Assembly (NCBI GenBank): GCA_964454485.1
Contig: CAYVXO010000002.1
Location: 2,218 to 66,217 of the forward strand
Length of the DNA stretch: 64,000 nt
Direction of reading: 5' to 3'
Origin: an uncultured Rubrivivax sp.
GTDB taxonomy: Bacteria > Pseudomonadota > Gammaproteobacteria > Burkholderiales > Burkholderiaceae_C
Shown: piece by piece, positions 12,409 to 23,821 of the stretch
How positions within the stretch are numbered: the first letter of the stretch is position 1
Layout: each line of letters begins with the position of its first letter
Program-made: the position numbers and the translations under genes
Notes under the pieces: generated by a model
Databases searched by the model: none
What the model was told of the DNA's origin: nothing
What the model saw: the letters and a program-made list of their open reading frames with translations, nothing else

Positions 12409-13074
12409 ATGAACCTCGACTTCAGCTTCCTGAATGCGGACGTCATCGCGAACTTCGTCGCCAAGGGCTTCGTGTTCTCGGTGCAGCTCACGCTCGTCGC
12501 GATGGTCGGCGGCATCGTCATCGGCACCCTGCTGGCGCTGATGCGCCTGTCGGGCAAGCCCTGGCTGGTGATGCCCGCGGCGGCCTACGTGAACACGATG
12601 CGCTCGATCCCGCTCGTGATGGTGATCCTGTGGTTCTTCCTGCTCATCCCGCTGCTGATCGGCCGCCCGATGGGCGCCGAGCTGTCGGCCATGATCACCT
12701 TCACGCTCTTCGAGGCGGCCTACTACTCGGAGATCATGCGCGCGGGCATCCAGAGCGTGCCCAAGGGCCAGGTCCACGCCGGCTATGCCGTCGGCATGAC
12801 CTACGCGCAGACCATGCAGCTGGTGGTGCTGCCGCAGGCCTTCCGCAACATGCTGCCGGTGCTGCTGACGCAGACCATCATCCTGTTCCAGGACACCAGC
12901 CTGGTCTACGCCATCGGCGCCTACGACCTGCTGAAGGGTTTCGAGATCGCAGGCAAGAACTTCAACCGCCCGGTCGAGACCTACCTCGTCGCCGCGGTGC
13001 TGTACTTCGTGATCTGCTTCAGCCTCTCGATGCTGGTGCGGCGCCTGCAGAGCAGGATCCAGATCATCCGATGA
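12409..13074 (+). CDS. gltK: glutamate/aspartate ABC permease
   Basis: [26 protein letters not shown]. Confidence 0.88.
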   Translation: MNLDFSFLNADVIANFVAKGFVFSVQLTLVAMVGGIVIGTLLALMRLSGKPWLVMPAAAYVNTMRSIPLVMVILWFFLLIPLLIGRPMGAELSAMITFTLFEAAYYSEIMRAGIQSVPKGQVHAGYAVGMTYAQTMQLVVLPQAFRNMLPVLLTQTIILFQDTSLVYAIGAYDLLKGFEIAGKNFNRPVETYLVAAVLYFVICFSLSMLVRRLQSRIQIIR

Positions 13075-13835
13075 AGCCGCTGCACGCCCTGTCCGCCGCG
13101 CTGCTGACGGGCGCCGCCCTGGCCCCTGCGGCGGCGGCGCCCGATCCCGCCCGCCTGCTGGCCGACGCGCCGCGCAGCGGCGCCATCACGATGATGCCGG
13201 GCGAGGTCTACATCGGACCCGGCCCCATGACGGTGGGCTACCTGGGCGCGAAGAAGCAGCTGGTGCTGCCACCCGGCCGCTGGACGCTGCTGGCGGTGGG
13301 CGAAAGGCCCAGCCGGCACCCGACGCCGGTGACCATCGTCTCGATGGTGTTCGCGCGCACCGAAGGCGCGGCGCCGAAGACCATGCTCTCGTTCGACTTC
13401 AACGGCCGCCCCGTGCCCGTGCGCAGCAGCTGGACCGAAACGCTGAACTGCGCCCGCGAAGGCGCCCCGAAGGACGGCCAGAAGGTGCAGCGCACGGCCG
13501 AGGACCGCCAGGGTTGCGGCTGGGTGCGCTGGGTGGCGCAGTGGCCCGACTTCGGGGACCCGGCCTGGGACCGCGCGCTCGCCGCGCTGGTGCGGCTGGG
13601 CCACGCGCCGTCGGCCGGGCGCATGAGCTACACGCGCGCCTGGGCCTGGGACCGCGGCAACGACTACCTCACCGTGCGCCGCCTCGACTTCCCGCAGCCC
13701 GGCGACCGCCTGCGTGTCGACTGGCTGGAGGCCTACCTCGACCCCATGGTCGAAGGCTTCCAGCGCCGGCTCACGGCCGAAGAACTGGAGCCCGGCCGCG
13801 AACCCGGCGGGGCGCGGCTGCAGATTCCCGACTGA
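13071..13835 (+). CDS. hypothetical secreted protein inside the glt operon
   Basis: ATGA overlap with gltK stop; signal peptide [12 protein letters not shown]...; host-like codon usage. Confidence 0.7.
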   Translation: MKPLHALSAALLTGAALAPAAAAPDPARLLADAPRSGAITMMPGEVYIGPGPMTVGYLGAKKQLVLPPGRWTLLAVGERPSRHPTPVTIVSMVFARTEGAAPKTMLSFDFNGRPVPVRSSWTETLNCAREGAPKDGQKVQRTAEDRQGCGWVRWVAQWPDFGDPAWDRALAALVRLGHAPSAGRMSYTRAWAWDRGNDYLTVRRLDFPQPGDRLRVDWLEAYLDPMVEGFQRRLTAEELEPGREPGGARLQIPD

Positions 13836-13849
13836 GACAGGGCAACGCC

Positions 13850-14584
13850 ATGATCGCCATCAACAACGTCAGCAAGTGGTACGGCAGCTTCCAGGTGCTG
13901 ACCGACTGCACCACCGCCATCCAGAAGGGCGAGGTGGTCGTGGTCTGCGGCCCTTCGGGCAGCGGCAAGAGCACGCTCATCAAGACCGTCAACGCGCTGG
14001 AGCCGTTCCAGAAGGGCGACATCGTGGTCGACGGCATCAGCCTCACCGACCCCAAGACCGACCTGCCCAAGCTGCGCAGCCGCGTGGGCATGGTGTTCCA
14101 GCACTTCGAGCTGTTCCCGCACCTGAGCGTGACCGAGAACCTCACGCTGGCGCAGATCAAGGTGCTCGGGCGCAGCAAGGACGAGGCGCTCAAGCGCGGC
14201 CTGAAGATGCTCGACCGCGTGGGTCTCTCGGCCCACAAGGACAAGTTCCCGGGCCAGCTCTCCGGCGGCCAGCAGCAGCGGGTGGCGATCGCCCGCGCGC
14301 TCAGCATGGACCCGATCGTGATGCTCTTCGACGAGCCCACCAGCGCGCTCGACCCCGAGATGGTGGGCGAGGTGCTCGACGTGATGGTGCAGCTGGCCAC
14401 CGAAGGCATGACCATGATGTGCGTCACCCACGAGATGGGCTTCGCGAAGAAGGTCAGCCACCGCGTGATCTTCATGGACGCGGGCAGGATCGTCGAGGAC
14501 TGCCGCAAGGAGGAGTTCTTCGGCAACCCGGAGGCGCGCACGCCGCGCGCCAAGGACTTCCTCTCGAAGATCCTGCAGCACTAG
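13850..14584 (+). CDS. gltL: glutamate/aspartate ABC ATPase
   Basis: [28 protein letters not shown]. Confidence 0.9.
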   Translation: MIAINNVSKWYGSFQVLTDCTTAIQKGEVVVVCGPSGSGKSTLIKTVNALEPFQKGDIVVDGISLTDPKTDLPKLRSRVGMVFQHFELFPHLSVTENLTLAQIKVLGRSKDEALKRGLKMLDRVGLSAHKDKFPGQLSGGQQQRVAIARALSMDPIVMLFDEPTSALDPEMVGEVLDVMVQLATEGMTMMCVTHEMGFAKKVSHRVIFMDAGRIVEDCRKEEFFGNPEARTPRAKDFLSKILQH

Positions 14585-14979
14585 GCGCGGCGCGCCGCGG
14601 CCACCGCCGCGGTGTCGAAGAAGCCTTCGAAGCGCACGACCCTGCCGTCGCGCACGGTCCACACGTGGACCCAGTCGCATTCGAAGACGCCGCCGGTGGC
14701 GCGCACCTTGGTGCGCTCCCAGCCGAGCACGGTGACGTGCTCGCCGCCGGCCAGGAACTCGCGCGGCTCGAAGGCCTGGATGTCGTCTTCCTGCGCGACC
14801 TGGCCGAACCAGCGCTGCAGCGCTTCCTTGCCGACCGCGGTGCCCAGGTAGGGCACGCCCGGCAGGCTGCCGTGGAAGGTCCAGCGCACGTCGTCGCTCA
14901 CCAGGCCGAGCAGGCGCGCCATGTCACCGGCGCCGAAGGCGGCGTAGAGGGATTGGACGGTTTCGGTCGGGCTGGTCAT
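14581..14979 (-). CDS. SnoaL/NTF2-like protein
   Basis: [12 protein letters not shown]...DDVRW...[13 protein letters not shown] pattern. Confidence 0.85.
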   Translation of the reverse strand: MTSPTETVQSLYAAFGAGDMARLLGLVSDDVRWTFHGSLPGVPYLGTAVGKEALQRWFGQVAQEDDIQAFEPREFLAGGEHVTVLGWERTKVRATGGVFECDWVHVWTVRDGRVVRFEGFFDTAAVAAARRA

Positions 14980-15057
14980 GCGGGTTCTCCGGTGGTGCGG
15001 TCCCGAGCCATACGAAGCCTGCGCGGGCGCGGATGCACCGGGTGCGAGAATGCCCCG

Positions 15058-16092
15058 ATGCCCGAGACGCTCACGCTCACCCGCCCCGACGACTGGCACC
15101 TGCACCTGCGCGACGGCGCCGCGCTCGCCGCCGTGCTGCCGGCCACCGCGCGCCAGTTCGCGCGCGCCATCGTGATGCCCAACCTGAAGCCGCCGGTGAC
15201 GACGGCGGCGCAGGCGCTCGCCTACCGCCGGCGCATCGAGCAGGCGCTGCCTGCCGGCAGCGGTTTCCAGCCGCTGATGACGCTGTACCTGACCGACAAC
15301 ACGCCGCCCGACGAGGTGCGGCGCGCGCGCGAGGCCGGCGTCGTCGCCTTCAAGCTTTACCCGGCCGGCGCCACCACCAACAGCGACGCCGGCGTCACCG
15401 ACATCCGCAAGACCCACGCCACGCTGGAGGCGATGCAGCGCGAGGGCCTGCTGCTGCTGGTGCACGGCGAGGTCACCGACCCCGCGGTCGACGTGTTCGA
15501 CCGCGAGGCCGTGTTCATCGAACGCGTGATGCAGCCGCTGCGGCGCGACTTCCCGGCGCTGAAGGTGGTGTTCGAGCACATCACCACGAAGGACGCGGCC
15601 GACTACGTGACCGGCGCCGACGCGCACACCGCCGCCACCGTGACCGCGCACCACCTGCTCTACAACCGCAACGCGCTCTTCCAGGGCGGCCTGCGCCCGC
15701 ACTGGTACTGCCTGCCGGTGTTGAAGCGCGAACTGCACCGCCAGGCGCTGGTGCAGGCGGCCACCTCGGGCAGCCCGAAGTTCTTCCTCGGCACCGACAG
15801 CGCGCCGCACGCGGCGGCGCTGAAGGAGCAGTCGGTCTGCGGCGCCGGCTGCTATACCGCACCGGCCGCGCTGGAGCTGTATGCCGAGGCCTTCGAGGCC
15901 GCCGGCGCGCTCGATCGGCTGGAAGCCTTCGCCAGCTTCCACGGCCCCGACTTCTACGGCCTGCCGCGCAACCGAGGCACCGTCACCTTGAAGCGCGAAC
16001 CCTGGGCGCTGCCCGAGGTGCTGCCCTTCGGCGAAGCGACGATCAAGCCGCTGCGCGGCGGCGAGACCCTGGCCTGGAGGCTTTCCGCATGA
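15058..16092 (+). CDS. pyrC: dihydroorotase
   Basis: [28 protein letters not shown]. Confidence 0.96.
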   Translation: MPETLTLTRPDDWHLHLRDGAALAAVLPATARQFARAIVMPNLKPPVTTAAQALAYRRRIEQALPAGSGFQPLMTLYLTDNTPPDEVRRAREAGVVAFKLYPAGATTNSDAGVTDIRKTHATLEAMQREGLLLLVHGEVTDPAVDVFDREAVFIERVMQPLRRDFPALKVVFEHITTKDAADYVTGADAHTAATVTAHHLLYNRNALFQGGLRPHWYCLPVLKRELHRQALVQAATSGSPKFFLGTDSAPHAAALKEQSVCGAGCYTAPAALELYAEAFEAAGALDRLEAFASFHGPDFYGLPRNRGTVTLKREPWALPEVLPFGEATIKPLRGGETLAWRLSA

Positions 16093-16892
16093 CGTCGAAC
16101 AAGGTGATGCTGCTGATCGACGCCGACAACGTCTCGGCCGACGTGATGGAACAGGCGGTGGCGCTGCTGCTGGAGCTGCACGGCGCGTTGCACGTGCGGC
16201 GCGCCTACTGCACGGCCGAGAGCGCGCTCAAGAACCAGGCCCTCTTCAAGCGCCTTTCGATCCGGCCGATGGTGAACCTGGCGGCCGGCAAGAACTCGAC
16301 CGACATCGCGCTCGCGGTCGATGCGCTCGACCTGGTGCTGGCCGAGCGGCCCGACCTGGTCGCCGTGGCCTCTTCGGATTCCGACTTCGCGCCGCTGGTG
16401 AGCCGGCTGCGCGAGAAGGGCTGCCGCGTTGTCGGCCTCGGCCAGGCGGGCAAGACCGGCGACGAGACCCGCGGCGTGTACGACGAGTTCCACGAGCTCA
16501 CGCACCGGCGGGCAAAGGCGGCCGGGAAGGCCCACGAGAGGGCGCACGAGAAGGCGCCCGAGAAAGCGTCCACCAAGGCCCCCGCCGAAGCGCCGGCGGC
16601 CAAGACGCCGGCCGCGAAGAGGACTTCGCGCCGCAAGGCGGCCCCCGCGCCGGCGCCGGAACTGCCGGACGCGGTGCGCTCGATCGCGGCCGCGCTGCCC
16701 GAGCTGCTGCGCGGCGAAACGGTGGAATTGCGCGTCGCCGCGGAGCGGCTGCGCGAAGCCGGCGTCGTCGGCGCCAAGGCCAGCCCCACCAAGCTGCTGC
16801 GCGCCCACCCCGACCACTTCGAACTGGTGCCGGCGAAGGCGCCCAACCAGGTGCGCTGGCGGCCGGGCTTGAATCCGGCGCCGGCACCCTGA
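16089..16892 (+). CDS. NYN domain protein
   Basis: IDADN, GKNSTD, SSDSDF PIN-like motifs; Lys/Ala/Pro linker and helical C-terminal domain. Confidence 0.85.
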   Translation: MTSNKVMLLIDADNVSADVMEQAVALLLELHGALHVRRAYCTAESALKNQALFKRLSIRPMVNLAAGKNSTDIALAVDALDLVLAERPDLVAVASSDSDFAPLVSRLREKGCRVVGLGQAGKTGDETRGVYDEFHELTHRRAKAAGKAHERAHEKAPEKASTKAPAEAPAAKTPAAKRTSRRKAAPAPAPELPDAVRSIAAALPELLRGETVELRVAAERLREAGVVGAKASPTKLLRAHPDHFELVPAKAPNQVRWRPGLNPAPAP

Positions 16893-16941
16893 TATCGCCG
16901 ACATTGCCGTATCGTCGCGCCCGGAAGGAGGGCGTCCATCC

Positions 16942-17814
16942 ATGAAGCGCATCCTGCTGTTCGTCCTGACCAACCTGGCCGTGATGCTGGTGCTGGGCAT
17001 CGCCGCCAGCCTGCTGGGCGTGAACCGTTTCCTCACGGCCAACGGGCTCCAGATGGGCCAGCTGCTCGGCTTCGCGCTCATCATGGGCTTCGGCGGCGCG
17101 ACGATCTCGCTGCTGATGAGCAAGCCGATGGCCAAGTGGAGCACCGGCGCCCAGGTCATCAACGACTCGCCGGACCCCACCCACCGCTGGCTGGTCAACA
17201 CCGTTGCGCAGTTCGCGCAGAAGGCCGGCATCCGGATGCCCGAAGTCGCCCTCTACGACGGCGAGCCGAACGCCTTCGCCACCGGCGCGTTCAAGAACTC
17301 GGCGCTGGTCGCGGTGTCCACCGGTCTGCTGCACAGCATGAACCGGGAAGAGGTCGAGGCCGTCATCGGCCACGAGGTGAGCCACGTCGCCAACGGCGAC
17401 ATGGTGACGATGACGCTCATCCAGGGCGTGATGAACACCTTCGTCGTCTTCCTCTCGCGCGTGATCGGCTACTTCGTCGACAAGGTGGTGCTGCGCAACG
17501 ACCGCGAAGGTCCGGGCATGGGCTACTACATCACCACCGTGGTGCTGGACCTGGTGCTGGGCCTGGTGGCCGCCATCATCGTGGCCTGGTTCTCGCGCCA
17601 GCGCGAGTACCGCGCCGACGCCGGCGCCGCCGCGCTGATGGGCGACAAGCGCCCGATGATCAACGCCCTGGCGCGCCTGGGCGGCCTGGATCCGGGCGAG
17701 CTGCCGCAGAGCGTGGCCACCATGGGGATCAGCGGCAAACCCAGCGGCGTGATGGCGCTGTTCTCCAGCCACCCGCCGATCGAGGACCGCATCCGCGCCC
17801 TGCAGCAGGCGTGA
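16942..17814 (+). CDS. htpX: zinc metalloprotease HtpX
   Basis: [23 protein letters not shown]. Confidence 0.95.
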   Translation: MKRILLFVLTNLAVMLVLGIAASLLGVNRFLTANGLQMGQLLGFALIMGFGGATISLLMSKPMAKWSTGAQVINDSPDPTHRWLVNTVAQFAQKAGIRMPEVALYDGEPNAFATGAFKNSALVAVSTGLLHSMNREEVEAVIGHEVSHVANGDMVTMTLIQGVMNTFVVFLSRVIGYFVDKVVLRNDREGPGMGYYITTVVLDLVLGLVAAIIVAWFSRQREYRADAGAAALMGDKRPMINALARLGGLDPGELPQSVATMGISGKPSGVMALFSSHPPIEDRIRALQQA

Positions 17815-17869
17815 TGCGGCCCCGCCCCGCAGTCTTGGCAGGCCGCGGGGCGCGCCGCATACTCGGCGC

Positions 17870-18430
17870 ATGAACGGGTCGGGTCGTCTCTGGGCCGCGG
17901 GCTTCGTGCTTGCCGCGGCGGCGGGCATCGGCATTGCGCTGTGGCGCGCACCGCGCACGGTGGAGGTGCCGGCCGACGGCGACGAGCGCCCGGCCTCTTC
18001 CAGCCCCGCCCCGGCGGCCACGCCACCCAAGCCCGCCGGCCCCGTGATGCCGGCCCCGCCCGACCTGGCCCAGGCGCCGCCACGCGGCGTGAGCCCGGCG
18101 CAATGGGCCGCCTTGCGCACCGAACTGGCCGGCCGTCCCGAAGAGCTGCAGCGTGTTGCCGCCTACCTGGACTACAGCGCCGCGCTGCGCGAGTTCGGCG
18201 CGCTGCCGGCGGGGTCGGCCGAGAAGCGCCGCCTGGCCGCCCGGCTGGACGCCGGCCTCGACGAACGCCTGCAGCGGCGCGAGATGAGCGCCGGCGAAGC
18301 CCGGCTCGTGAAGACCGCGCTGCTCGAGACGCTGGAGCCCGACCCCGCGGCGCGCGACACCGCGCTCGCGCGCTGGCAGGACGCCTGGCGTGCCCGCCCC
18401 ACCGACAAGCCCCCGGGAGGAGACCGATGA
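17870..18430 (+). CDS. hypothetical membrane-anchored protein (N-terminal TM, Pro-rich linker, helical domain)
   Basis: TTGGCA-17-CATACT promoter directly upstream; ATGA-coupled to the next gene. Confidence 0.7.
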   Translation: MNGSGRLWAAGFVLAAAAGIGIALWRAPRTVEVPADGDERPASSSPAPAATPPKPAGPVMPAPPDLAQAPPRGVSPAQWAALRTELAGRPEELQRVAAYLDYSAALREFGALPAGSAEKRRLAARLDAGLDERLQRREMSAGEARLVKTALLETLEPDPAARDTALARWQDAWRARPTDKPPGGDR

Positions 18431-19689
18431 ACCCGTTCGCCTTCGTCCGCCGCGCGCTGCCGGCGCTGCTGCTGGCCGCTGCCACGCCCTGGGCCGCGGC
18501 CGGCTACTTCCAGTGGGAGATGGTGGAACTGCCGGCCGACAGCGGCGCCACCTGCGGCAACGGCTCACCGTACCGCTTCTTCGTCAACCGCACGCCGCTG
18601 TCGAAGAACCTGGTGATGGTCTACGAAGGCGGCGGCGCCTGCTGGGACCAGGCGGCCTGCCTGGGGCAGGGGCCGCTGTCGGCGGCCAACCCGGACGGCA
18701 TCCCGCCCGACTACATGCAGCGCCTGGACGGCGGCGCAAACGGGCTGGTGACGCCCTTCAGTGCCCGCACCGACCCGTTCCAGAAGGTGGCCACGCAGTC
18801 GTGGAACATCGTCTACCTGCCGTACTGCACCGGCGACGTGCACAGCGGCAGCAAGGTCACCGTCTACGACGACGCCGACCCCGCGCACCCGCGCACGCAG
18901 TACCACCGCGGGCAGGCCAACGTGCGCGGCGCCGCGCAGTGGCTGCGTGCCACGCTGGGTGCGCCGCAGGAGCTGCTGCTCACCGGGTTCTCGGCCGGCG
19001 GCGTGGGCGCGACCACCACCTACGCGCTGGTGCGCGAAACGCTGGCGCCCACCGGCCGCTCTTCGCTGATCGCCGACTCGGGCCTGCTGATGCAGGCGCC
19101 GCGCGGCGGCTCGCCGGCGCAGTACCCCTCGCTGCCGCTGCACGAGAAGATCCGCGTCGCCTGGGGGCTGGACGAACCCGGCGGCCTGGTCAGCTCCTAC
19201 GCCGGCCAGCTGCCCGGCTTCGACGCGAACAACCTGGGCAGCGTGAACGGCGCGCTCGCGCAGCGCTACCCGGCCGACCGCTTCACCTACCTGGCGTTCC
19301 AGGCCGACATGAACTTCTCGGCCTTCAGCTACGCCAAGTTCTACGACGACATCGCCAACGCGCCGAACGACCTGGTGCGGCGCGAGCGCATCCTCTCGCG
19401 CTGGCAGCCCGACCTGGCGATGCACGCGGCCGACGCCGACCCGCACGCCAACGTGGCGTACCACCAGGCCTTCTTCCGCAACTTCAACGACTCGCACTGC
19501 CTGACGATCATCGACTTCTCGGGCACCGGCATCGAGGAGCTGGGCATCGAGAGCATCGCGCCGGTGGTCGACGCCACGCTCGCGCGCGGGCCGGTCACCC
19601 GCAACGTCGAGCAGGACCACGTGAGCGACTTCTTCCGGCCGCTTTCCGACGCGATCCGCTTCTTCAAATTGCTGCTGCGCCTAGGCTGA
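18427..19689 (+). CDS. secreted pectin-acetylesterase-family hydrolase
   Basis: Signal peptide; [28 protein letters not shown] nucleophile motif. Confidence 0.85.
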   Translation: MNPFAFVRRALPALLLAAATPWAAAGYFQWEMVELPADSGATCGNGSPYRFFVNRTPLSKNLVMVYEGGGACWDQAACLGQGPLSAANPDGIPPDYMQRLDGGANGLVTPFSARTDPFQKVATQSWNIVYLPYCTGDVHSGSKVTVYDDADPAHPRTQYHRGQANVRGAAQWLRATLGAPQELLLTGFSAGGVGATTTYALVRETLAPTGRSSLIADSGLLMQAPRGGSPAQYPSLPLHEKIRVAWGLDEPGGLVSSYAGQLPGFDANNLGSVNGALAQRYPADRFTYLAFQADMNFSAFSYAKFYDDIANAPNDLVRRERILSRWQPDLAMHAADADPHANVAYHQAFFRNFNDSHCLTIIDFSGTGIEELGIESIAPVVDATLARGPVTRNVEQDHVSDFFRPLSDAIRFFKLLLRLG

Positions 19690-20601
19690 AGGCAGGAAGC
19701 CCTCGATCGAGAGGTAGCGTTCGCCGGTGTCGTAGTTGAAGCCGAGCACGCGGGCGCCGGCGGCCACGTCGGGCAGCTTCTGCGCGATCGCCGCCAGCGT
19801 GGCGCCGCTGGAGATGCCCACCAGCAGGCCTTCCTCGCGCGCCGAGCGGCGCGCCATCTCGCGCGCGGCCTCGGCCTCGACCTGGATCACGCCGTCGAGC
19901 AGGTCCTTGTGCAGGTTCTTCGGGATGAAGCCGGCGCCGATGCCTTGAATGGGGTGCGGCGAAGGCTGGCCGCCGCTGATCACCGGGCTCTGCGTGGGCT
20001 CGACCGCGAACACGCGCAGCTTCGGCCAGCGCTTCTTCAGCACCTGGGCGCAGCCGGTGATGTGGCCGCCGGTGCCGACGCCGGTGATGAGCACGTCGAT
20101 GCCTTCAGGGAAGTCGCGCGCGATCTCCTCGGCGGTGGTCTTCACGTGGACCGCGATATTGGCCTCGTTCTCGAACTGCTGCGGCATCCAGGCGCCGGGC
20201 GTGGCGGCGACGATCTCCTCGGCGCGCGCGATCGAGCCCTTCATGCCCTTCTCGCGCGGGGTGAGCTCGAAGGTGGCGCCGTAAGCCAGCATCAGGCGGC
20301 GGCGCTCGACGCTCATGCTGTCGGGCATCACCAGCACCAGCTTGTAGCCCTTCACCGCCGCCACCATGGCCAGGCCGATGCCGGTGTTGCCCGAGGTGGG
20401 CTCGACGATGGTGCCGCCGGCCTTCAGCTTGCCGGAAGCCTCGGCCGCTTCCACCATCGAAAGCGCGATGCGGTCCTTGATCGACCCGCCGGGGTTGCTG
20501 CGTTCGGATTTGATCCACACCTCGTGCTTGCTGCCGAACAGGCGGTTGATGCGGATGTGCGGCGTGTTGCCGATGGTGGCGAGGACGTCGTTGGCTCTCA
20601 T
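19681..20601 (-). CDS. cysK: cysteine synthase A
   Basis: [12 protein letters not shown] lysine, PTSGNTG, GVGTGG, ERYLS. Confidence 0.95.
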   Translation of the reverse strand: MRANDVLATIGNTPHIRINRLFGSKHEVWIKSERSNPGGSIKDRIALSMVEAAEASGKLKAGGTIVEPTSGNTGIGLAMVAAVKGYKLVLVMPDSMSVERRRLMLAYGATFELTPREKGMKGSIARAEEIVAATPGAWMPQQFENEANIAVHVKTTAEEIARDFPEGIDVLITGVGTGGHITGCAQVLKKRWPKLRVFAVEPTQSPVISGGQPSPHPIQGIGAGFIPKNLHKDLLDGVIQVEAEAAREMARRSAREEGLLVGISSGATLAAIAQKLPDVAAGARVLGFNYDTGERYLSIEGFLPSA

Positions 20602-20633
20602 GGGTGCTCTTCTCCTGGGATAATCGCCGTTGT

Positions 20634-20964
20634 GAAGCGGGCCAGACCGCCGCCGGTGCGAGCGTGGAAACACGGCACGGGAGGAAGGTCCGGACTGCAG
20701 AGGGCAGCGTAGCAGCTAACGGCTGTCCACCGCGAGGTGAGGATCAGAGCAACAGAGACGAGTCCCGGGGCTTTGTCCCGGGGGTGAAACGGGCAATCTC
20801 TACGCGCAGCAACACCAAATAGGCCGGCGACGATGCGGCCCGCGGAGCCGGCGGGTAGGTGGCACCGAGCCGGGCGAGCGATCCCCGGCCCAGATGAATG
20901 GCGGTCACGCTCCGCCTGCCGCAAGGCAGCGGGGTGCACAGAATCCGGCCTATCGGCCCGCTTC
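20634..20964 (+). ncRNA. rnpB: RNase P RNA (class A)
   Basis: GAGGAAGGTCCGGACT near the 5' end, ACAGAATCCGGCCTA near the 3' end; terminal helix GAAGCGGGCC/GGCCCGCTTC. Confidence 0.96.
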
Positions 20965-20982
20965 ACACTTTTCTCCCTCCCG

Positions 20983-22191
20983 ATGAACCCCGACGCCCCC
21001 CGACTCTGGCGCGGCCCGCGCTGGACGCTGGCCCTGCTGCTGGCCTGCCTGGGCATGCTGGGGCCGTTCGCGGTCGACACCTACCTGCCGGCGTTCGCGC
21101 GCATCGGCGAGTCGATCGGCGCCACGCCGGTGCAGATGCAGCAGACCCTGTCGGCCAACCTGCTGGGCTTCGCGGTGATGAACCTGTTCCACGGCGCGCT
21201 CTCCGACAGCGTGGGCCGGCGGCCGGTGGTGCTGTGGGGCATCGGCGTGTTCACGCTCGCCTCGGTGGGCTGCGCGCTCGCCGACAGCATCGGCACCCTG
21301 GTGCTGTTCCGTGCGCTGCAGGGCATGTCGGCGGGGGCCGGCATGGTGGTCTCGCGCGCCATCATCCGCGACATGTTCCCGCCCGCCGACGCCCAGCGCG
21401 TGATGGCGCAGGTGACGATCTACTTCGGCGTTGCCCCCGCGGTGGCGCCGATGGTGGGCGGCTTCCTGGTCGTGCACGCCGACTGGCACGCGATCTTCTG
21501 GTTCCTGGCCGCGGTGGGCGCGCTGCTGTGGTCGGCCAACTGGCGGCTGCTGCCGGAGACGCTGCACGCCGGCGCGCGCCAGCCCTTCCACGCGGGGTCG
21601 CTGCTGCGCGGCTACTGGCGGCTGGTGAAGAGCCCGCGCTTCCTGGCGCTGGTGCTGGCCAGCGGCATCCCGTTCAACGGCATGTTCCTCTACGTGCTGT
21701 CGACGCCGGTGTTCCTGGGCGAGCACCTGAAGCTGGAGCCGCAGCAGTTCTTCTGGTTCTTCGTGCTCACCATCGGCGGCATCATGGCCGGGTCCTGGCT
21801 GTCGGGCCGGCTGGCCGGGCGCATCCTGCCGCGCCACCAGGTGCGGCACGGGCTGGTGATCATGCTGGCGGTGTCGCTGGCCAACGTGGCGCTCAACCTG
21901 CTCTTCGAGCCGGCGGCCTGGTGGGCGATGCTGCCGATCGCGCTCTACGCCTTCGGCTGGGCGCTGATGGTGCCATCGGTGACGCTGATGGTGCTGGACC
22001 AGGCGCCGGACCGGCGCGGCATGGCCTCTTCGGTGCAGGCGTGCATCGGCAGCCTGGCCAACGCGGCGGTCGCCGGCATCGTGGTGCCGCTGGTGATGCA
22101 TTCGACGCAGGCGCTGGCCTTCACATCGCTGGCGATGCTGGGCATCGGCCTCGGGGCCTGGCTGTGGGTGAAGCCGCGGCTGCCGCGCTGA
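20983..22191 (+). CDS. Bcr/CflA family multidrug MFS transporter
   Basis: DTYLPAF, GALSDSVGRRPV, LPETL; many hydrophobic segments. Confidence 0.9.
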   Translation: MNPDAPRLWRGPRWTLALLLACLGMLGPFAVDTYLPAFARIGESIGATPVQMQQTLSANLLGFAVMNLFHGALSDSVGRRPVVLWGIGVFTLASVGCALADSIGTLVLFRALQGMSAGAGMVVSRAIIRDMFPPADAQRVMAQVTIYFGVAPAVAPMVGGFLVVHADWHAIFWFLAAVGALLWSANWRLLPETLHAGARQPFHAGSLLRGYWRLVKSPRFLALVLASGIPFNGMFLYVLSTPVFLGEHLKLEPQQFFWFFVLTIGGIMAGSWLSGRLAGRILPRHQVRHGLVIMLAVSLANVALNLLFEPAAWWAMLPIALYAFGWALMVPSVTLMVLDQAPDRRGMASSVQACIGSLANAAVAGIVVPLVMHSTQALAFTSLAMLGIGLGAWLWVKPRLPR

Positions 22192-22240
22192 GACTCAAGC
22201 CCGCGGCGACGGCGGCCGATAACGGGGGCGGAGCCCCGCC

Positions 22241-23293
22241 ATGCCCGAAGCACGCCTGCCCTTTGCCCTTGCCCTGCTGCCCCTGACGGCCGCCCTGCTG
22301 GTCGCCGCGCCCGCCTGGGCCGACGAAGCGCATGCGGCCGCCGCCAAGCCTGCCGCGGCGAAGGCTGAATCCAGGGCCGAACCGAAGGCCGAAGGCAAGG
22401 CCAAGGCGAAGGAAGAGCCCGCCGAAGAGGTCGACCCGCTGGACAAGGTGCGCGAACGCCTGGCCGAGAAGCTGGGTGCCAAGCGCGCGCCCGATGCCGG
22501 CCGCGCGAACGTGATCCGCGTCGCCGCGCGCGCCGAATCCGAACCCGCGCCGCGCCGCGCACCGGCCCATCGCGCCGAGAAGAAGCCCGAGAAGCCCGGC
22601 GTCGCCCCCGCCGGTCACGACGTGCACTGGGAATACCGCGGCGAAGCCGGCCCCGCCGCCTGGGGCGGCCTGAAGCCCGAGTTCGGCCTCTGCTCCACGG
22701 GCAAGCGGCAGAGCCCGATCGACATCCGCGACGGCATCGCGGTCGACCTGGAGCCGGTGCAGTTCGAGTACCGCGCCAGCAGTTTCAGCGTCGTCGACAA
22801 CGGCCACACGATCCAGGTCAACATGGCGCCGGGCAACTTCATCACCCTGGCCGGCCGGCGCTGGGAGCTGGTGCAGTTCCACTTCCACCGCCCTTCGGAA
22901 GAACGCATCGACGGCCGCCAGTTCGACATGGTGGCGCACCTGGTGCACAAGGACCTGGACGGCAACCTCGCCGTGGTGGCGGTGCTGCTGGACCGCGGCA
23001 GCGCGCACCCGATCGTGCAGACGGTGTGGAACAACCTGCCGCTGGAAAAGGGCGAGGAGGCGCAGGCCTCGGTGCAGATCGACCTGGCCTCGCTGCTGCC
23101 CGCCGACCGCCGCTACTTCACCTACATGGGTTCGCTCACCACGCCGCCTTGCAGCGAAGGCGTGCGCTGGGTCGTGATGCGCCAGCCGGTGCAGCTGTCG
23201 CAGCAGCAGCTGGACATCTTCACGCGCCTGTACCCGATGAACGCGCGCCCGATCCAGCAGGCGTCCGGCCGCCTGATCAAGCAGTCCCAGTAG
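22241..23293 (+). CDS. periplasmic alpha-class carbonic anhydrase with low-complexity N-terminus
   Basis: QSPIDI, QFHFH, HLVH, GSLTTPPCSEGV. Confidence 0.93.
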   Translation: MPEARLPFALALLPLTAALLVAAPAWADEAHAAAAKPAAAKAESRAEPKAEGKAKAKEEPAEEVDPLDKVRERLAEKLGAKRAPDAGRANVIRVAARAESEPAPRRAPAHRAEKKPEKPGVAPAGHDVHWEYRGEAGPAAWGGLKPEFGLCSTGKRQSPIDIRDGIAVDLEPVQFEYRASSFSVVDNGHTIQVNMAPGNFITLAGRRWELVQFHFHRPSEERIDGRQFDMVAHLVHKDLDGNLAVVAVLLDRGSAHPIVQTVWNNLPLEKGEEAQASVQIDLASLLPADRRYFTYMGSLTTPPCSEGVRWVVMRQPVQLSQQQLDIFTRLYPMNARPIQQASGRLIKQSQ

Positions 23294-23603
23294 GACCGCC
23301 GCCGCCGCCGCGCCGCCCCAGCAGCAGCGGCCACAGCCACAGGCTGGCGAACCACAGCGCCACGCGCCGCGCCGACAGCGGCTGCGTCTCGTGGCGCGCC
23401 ACCCTGGCGAATAGCACCACCGCGCCGACGATCACGTACAGCAGCAGCACGCCGTAGATCGTCACCCGCAACCCGTACGAATCGGCGAAGCGGTCGCCGA
23501 GCCAGCGTGCGGCCACCGCCGCCGTGGGCACCGAGAGCAGCAGCGCGAGCGCCACGCCGAGCAAAGCGTGACGGAGTTGCCAGAGCGGGTCGTTCGGCGC
23601 CAT
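23277..23603 (-). CDS. small hypothetical membrane protein
   Basis: MAPNDPLWQLRHALLGVALALLL...; three hydrophobic segments. Confidence 0.6.
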   Translation of the reverse strand: MAPNDPLWQLRHALLGVALALLLSVPTAAVAARWLGDRFADSYGLRVTIYGVLLLYVIVGAVVLFARVARHETQPLSARRVALWFASLWLWPLLLGRRGGGGGPTGTA

Positions 23604-23717
23604 CAGGCGTGGAGCCCGGTGGGGAATCCGCCCAATCTCACAAAGCACTTCATGAGCGTCGTTCAAGTCCTTCATTTTGAAGGACTTTTGACGCCGACCT
23701 GCTCGAAATTCGGGCGC

Positions 23718-23730
23718 TAAGTGCTTGATT
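23718..23730 (-). promoter_or_regulatory. IHF-consensus site upstream of the dcw promoter
   Basis: AATCAAGCACTTA matches WATCAANNNNTTR in an AT-rich intergenic stretch. Confidence 0.5.
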
Positions 23731-23757
23731 TGTCTGTTTTTTTTGCGAGCGCGTCCA

Positions 23758-23821
23758 TTGACCCGGCGGCCCCGACCTGGGCACAATGGTGGGGAAAAGT
23801 GGAATTGGGTGGGGATTCGTG
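23758..23821 (+). promoter_or_regulatory. dcw promoter with MraZ-binding direct repeats
   Basis: TTGACC-18-CACAAT, then GTGGG/GTGGA/GTGGG at 23789, 23799 and 23809 (10-nt period). Confidence 0.75.

Noticed and set aside
22320..22620. Ala/Lys/Glu/Pro-rich tract in carbonic anhydrase (and 16510-16660 in the NYN protein) as DNA repeats
   Set aside because: Low-complexity protein linkers without a regular nucleotide period
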